Assembly (NCBI RefSeq): GCF_033153115.1
Contig: NW_026889832.1
Span: 744,001-808,000, forward strand
DNA length: 64,000 nt
Direction of reading: 5' to 3'
From: Saccostrea echinata
Lineage: Eukaryota
The notes below the pieces were generated by a model. It saw only the letters and a list, made by a program, of their open reading frames with translations, had not been told where the DNA came from and ran no database searches. Positions within the stretch are counted from its first letter, which is position 1; the number at the start of each line of letters is the position of its first letter. The position numbers and the translations under genes are program-made. Below, in pieces: positions 63,065-64,000 of the stretch.

Positions 63065-64000
63065 TACGTAATTGATAAAGGCATTTCTCTAAGTCAAATG
63101 TATTTTGTTCAGGAAAACACCATTTATTTTCTCCGATACATAAAAAAAATGAATTTCAATAAATTAGAATACTTTCACATAGATACTTCAAAAGTTGCTG
63201 TCCGGATTTCTACTGGGATGTTGAAAGTCAAAACTGCGAAAGTAAGTTTAGTGTGAATGAGTAATGAAAGGTTGTGCTAACAGAAGCATCTTTGTACATG
63301 TAGATGAGGTTTTAAAGAAGAGTATAAATGACAAGTTAGGTTTTGTCTAATTGGAGCATTTTAGCATGTTATACACGAGTCGTGTACGCATTTTAATAGA
63401 ATTTAACATTTTGATCTCGAAAAATAACACTCATACTATATATTTCTTAATTAAATCTATTAAGTTATCCATACCTAAATTCTTCATTCATTTCGCCACA
63501 TCGACATTCATATTCAAAGAAAATTTTATAGTTTGCAATGCTTTATTAAAAACCAAAGAGGGTGAAAATTCCTTTATATCGTTAAGCAAGTTTTTTTTTA
63601 TGTTACACATCCTTTCAATTGATTGATATTTCAGAATTAGCTAAGTTCATAAAGTAGAGTAGTACTAATAACGTTATATTCACGAGAACTTTAATTTTGC
63701 CTAATAACCCGAAAAGTCTACTTGCGAAAATTACATTCTTGTGTATATTTTTTATTAAATGTTATATACAACAATAACCAAAATTCTTGCAACTTTTGTC
63801 TCGATTATAAACATTAAATAACTATCTTGCAAAAAAGATGTTGGGAAAATTTAGTGGTCTACAGTATAACAAAAGAACTTTAAACTTATCATTAACTTTA
63901 TAATCAAATAGACTGAAACATTGTTAACGATCATGAAAGAATTTTATTACTCAATGTATTATGGTGTAACTACCCTCTCTTCTGAATTTTTTATTAAAAG

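Overview
AT-rich eukaryotic genomic DNA with spliced genes and two N gaps (40308-40435, 45592-45749). The repeat families look bivalve, probably an oyster (Ostreidae); this comes from recognising them, not from a search. Almost all short ORFs in the track are noise. One host gene can be rebuilt by hand on the minus strand (~14.0-36.9 kb). It encodes a single-pass type I membrane protein with a Cys-rich ectodomain, Ser/Thr stalk, TM helix, and a cytoplasmic tail built from phase-1 microexons that may end in an IYENS tyrosine motif. The rest is mostly mobile DNA, often nested: non-autonomous Helentron-like elements (HINEs) with internal satellite arrays, tRNA-derived SINEs, Tc1 and mariner relics, several MITEs, a degenerate two-ORF LINE split by a PIF/Harbinger-like MITE, a CACC-terminated TIR element with a spliced zinc-finger pseudogene, and a spliced SAP-SWIM pseudogene absent from the ORF track. 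The most unusual signal is an intronic HINE whose 128/146-bp satellite monomer carries a perfect AGGTCAnnnTGACCT (estrogen-response-element consensus) palindrome: 13 perfect sites in one array and 4 more in an older copy.
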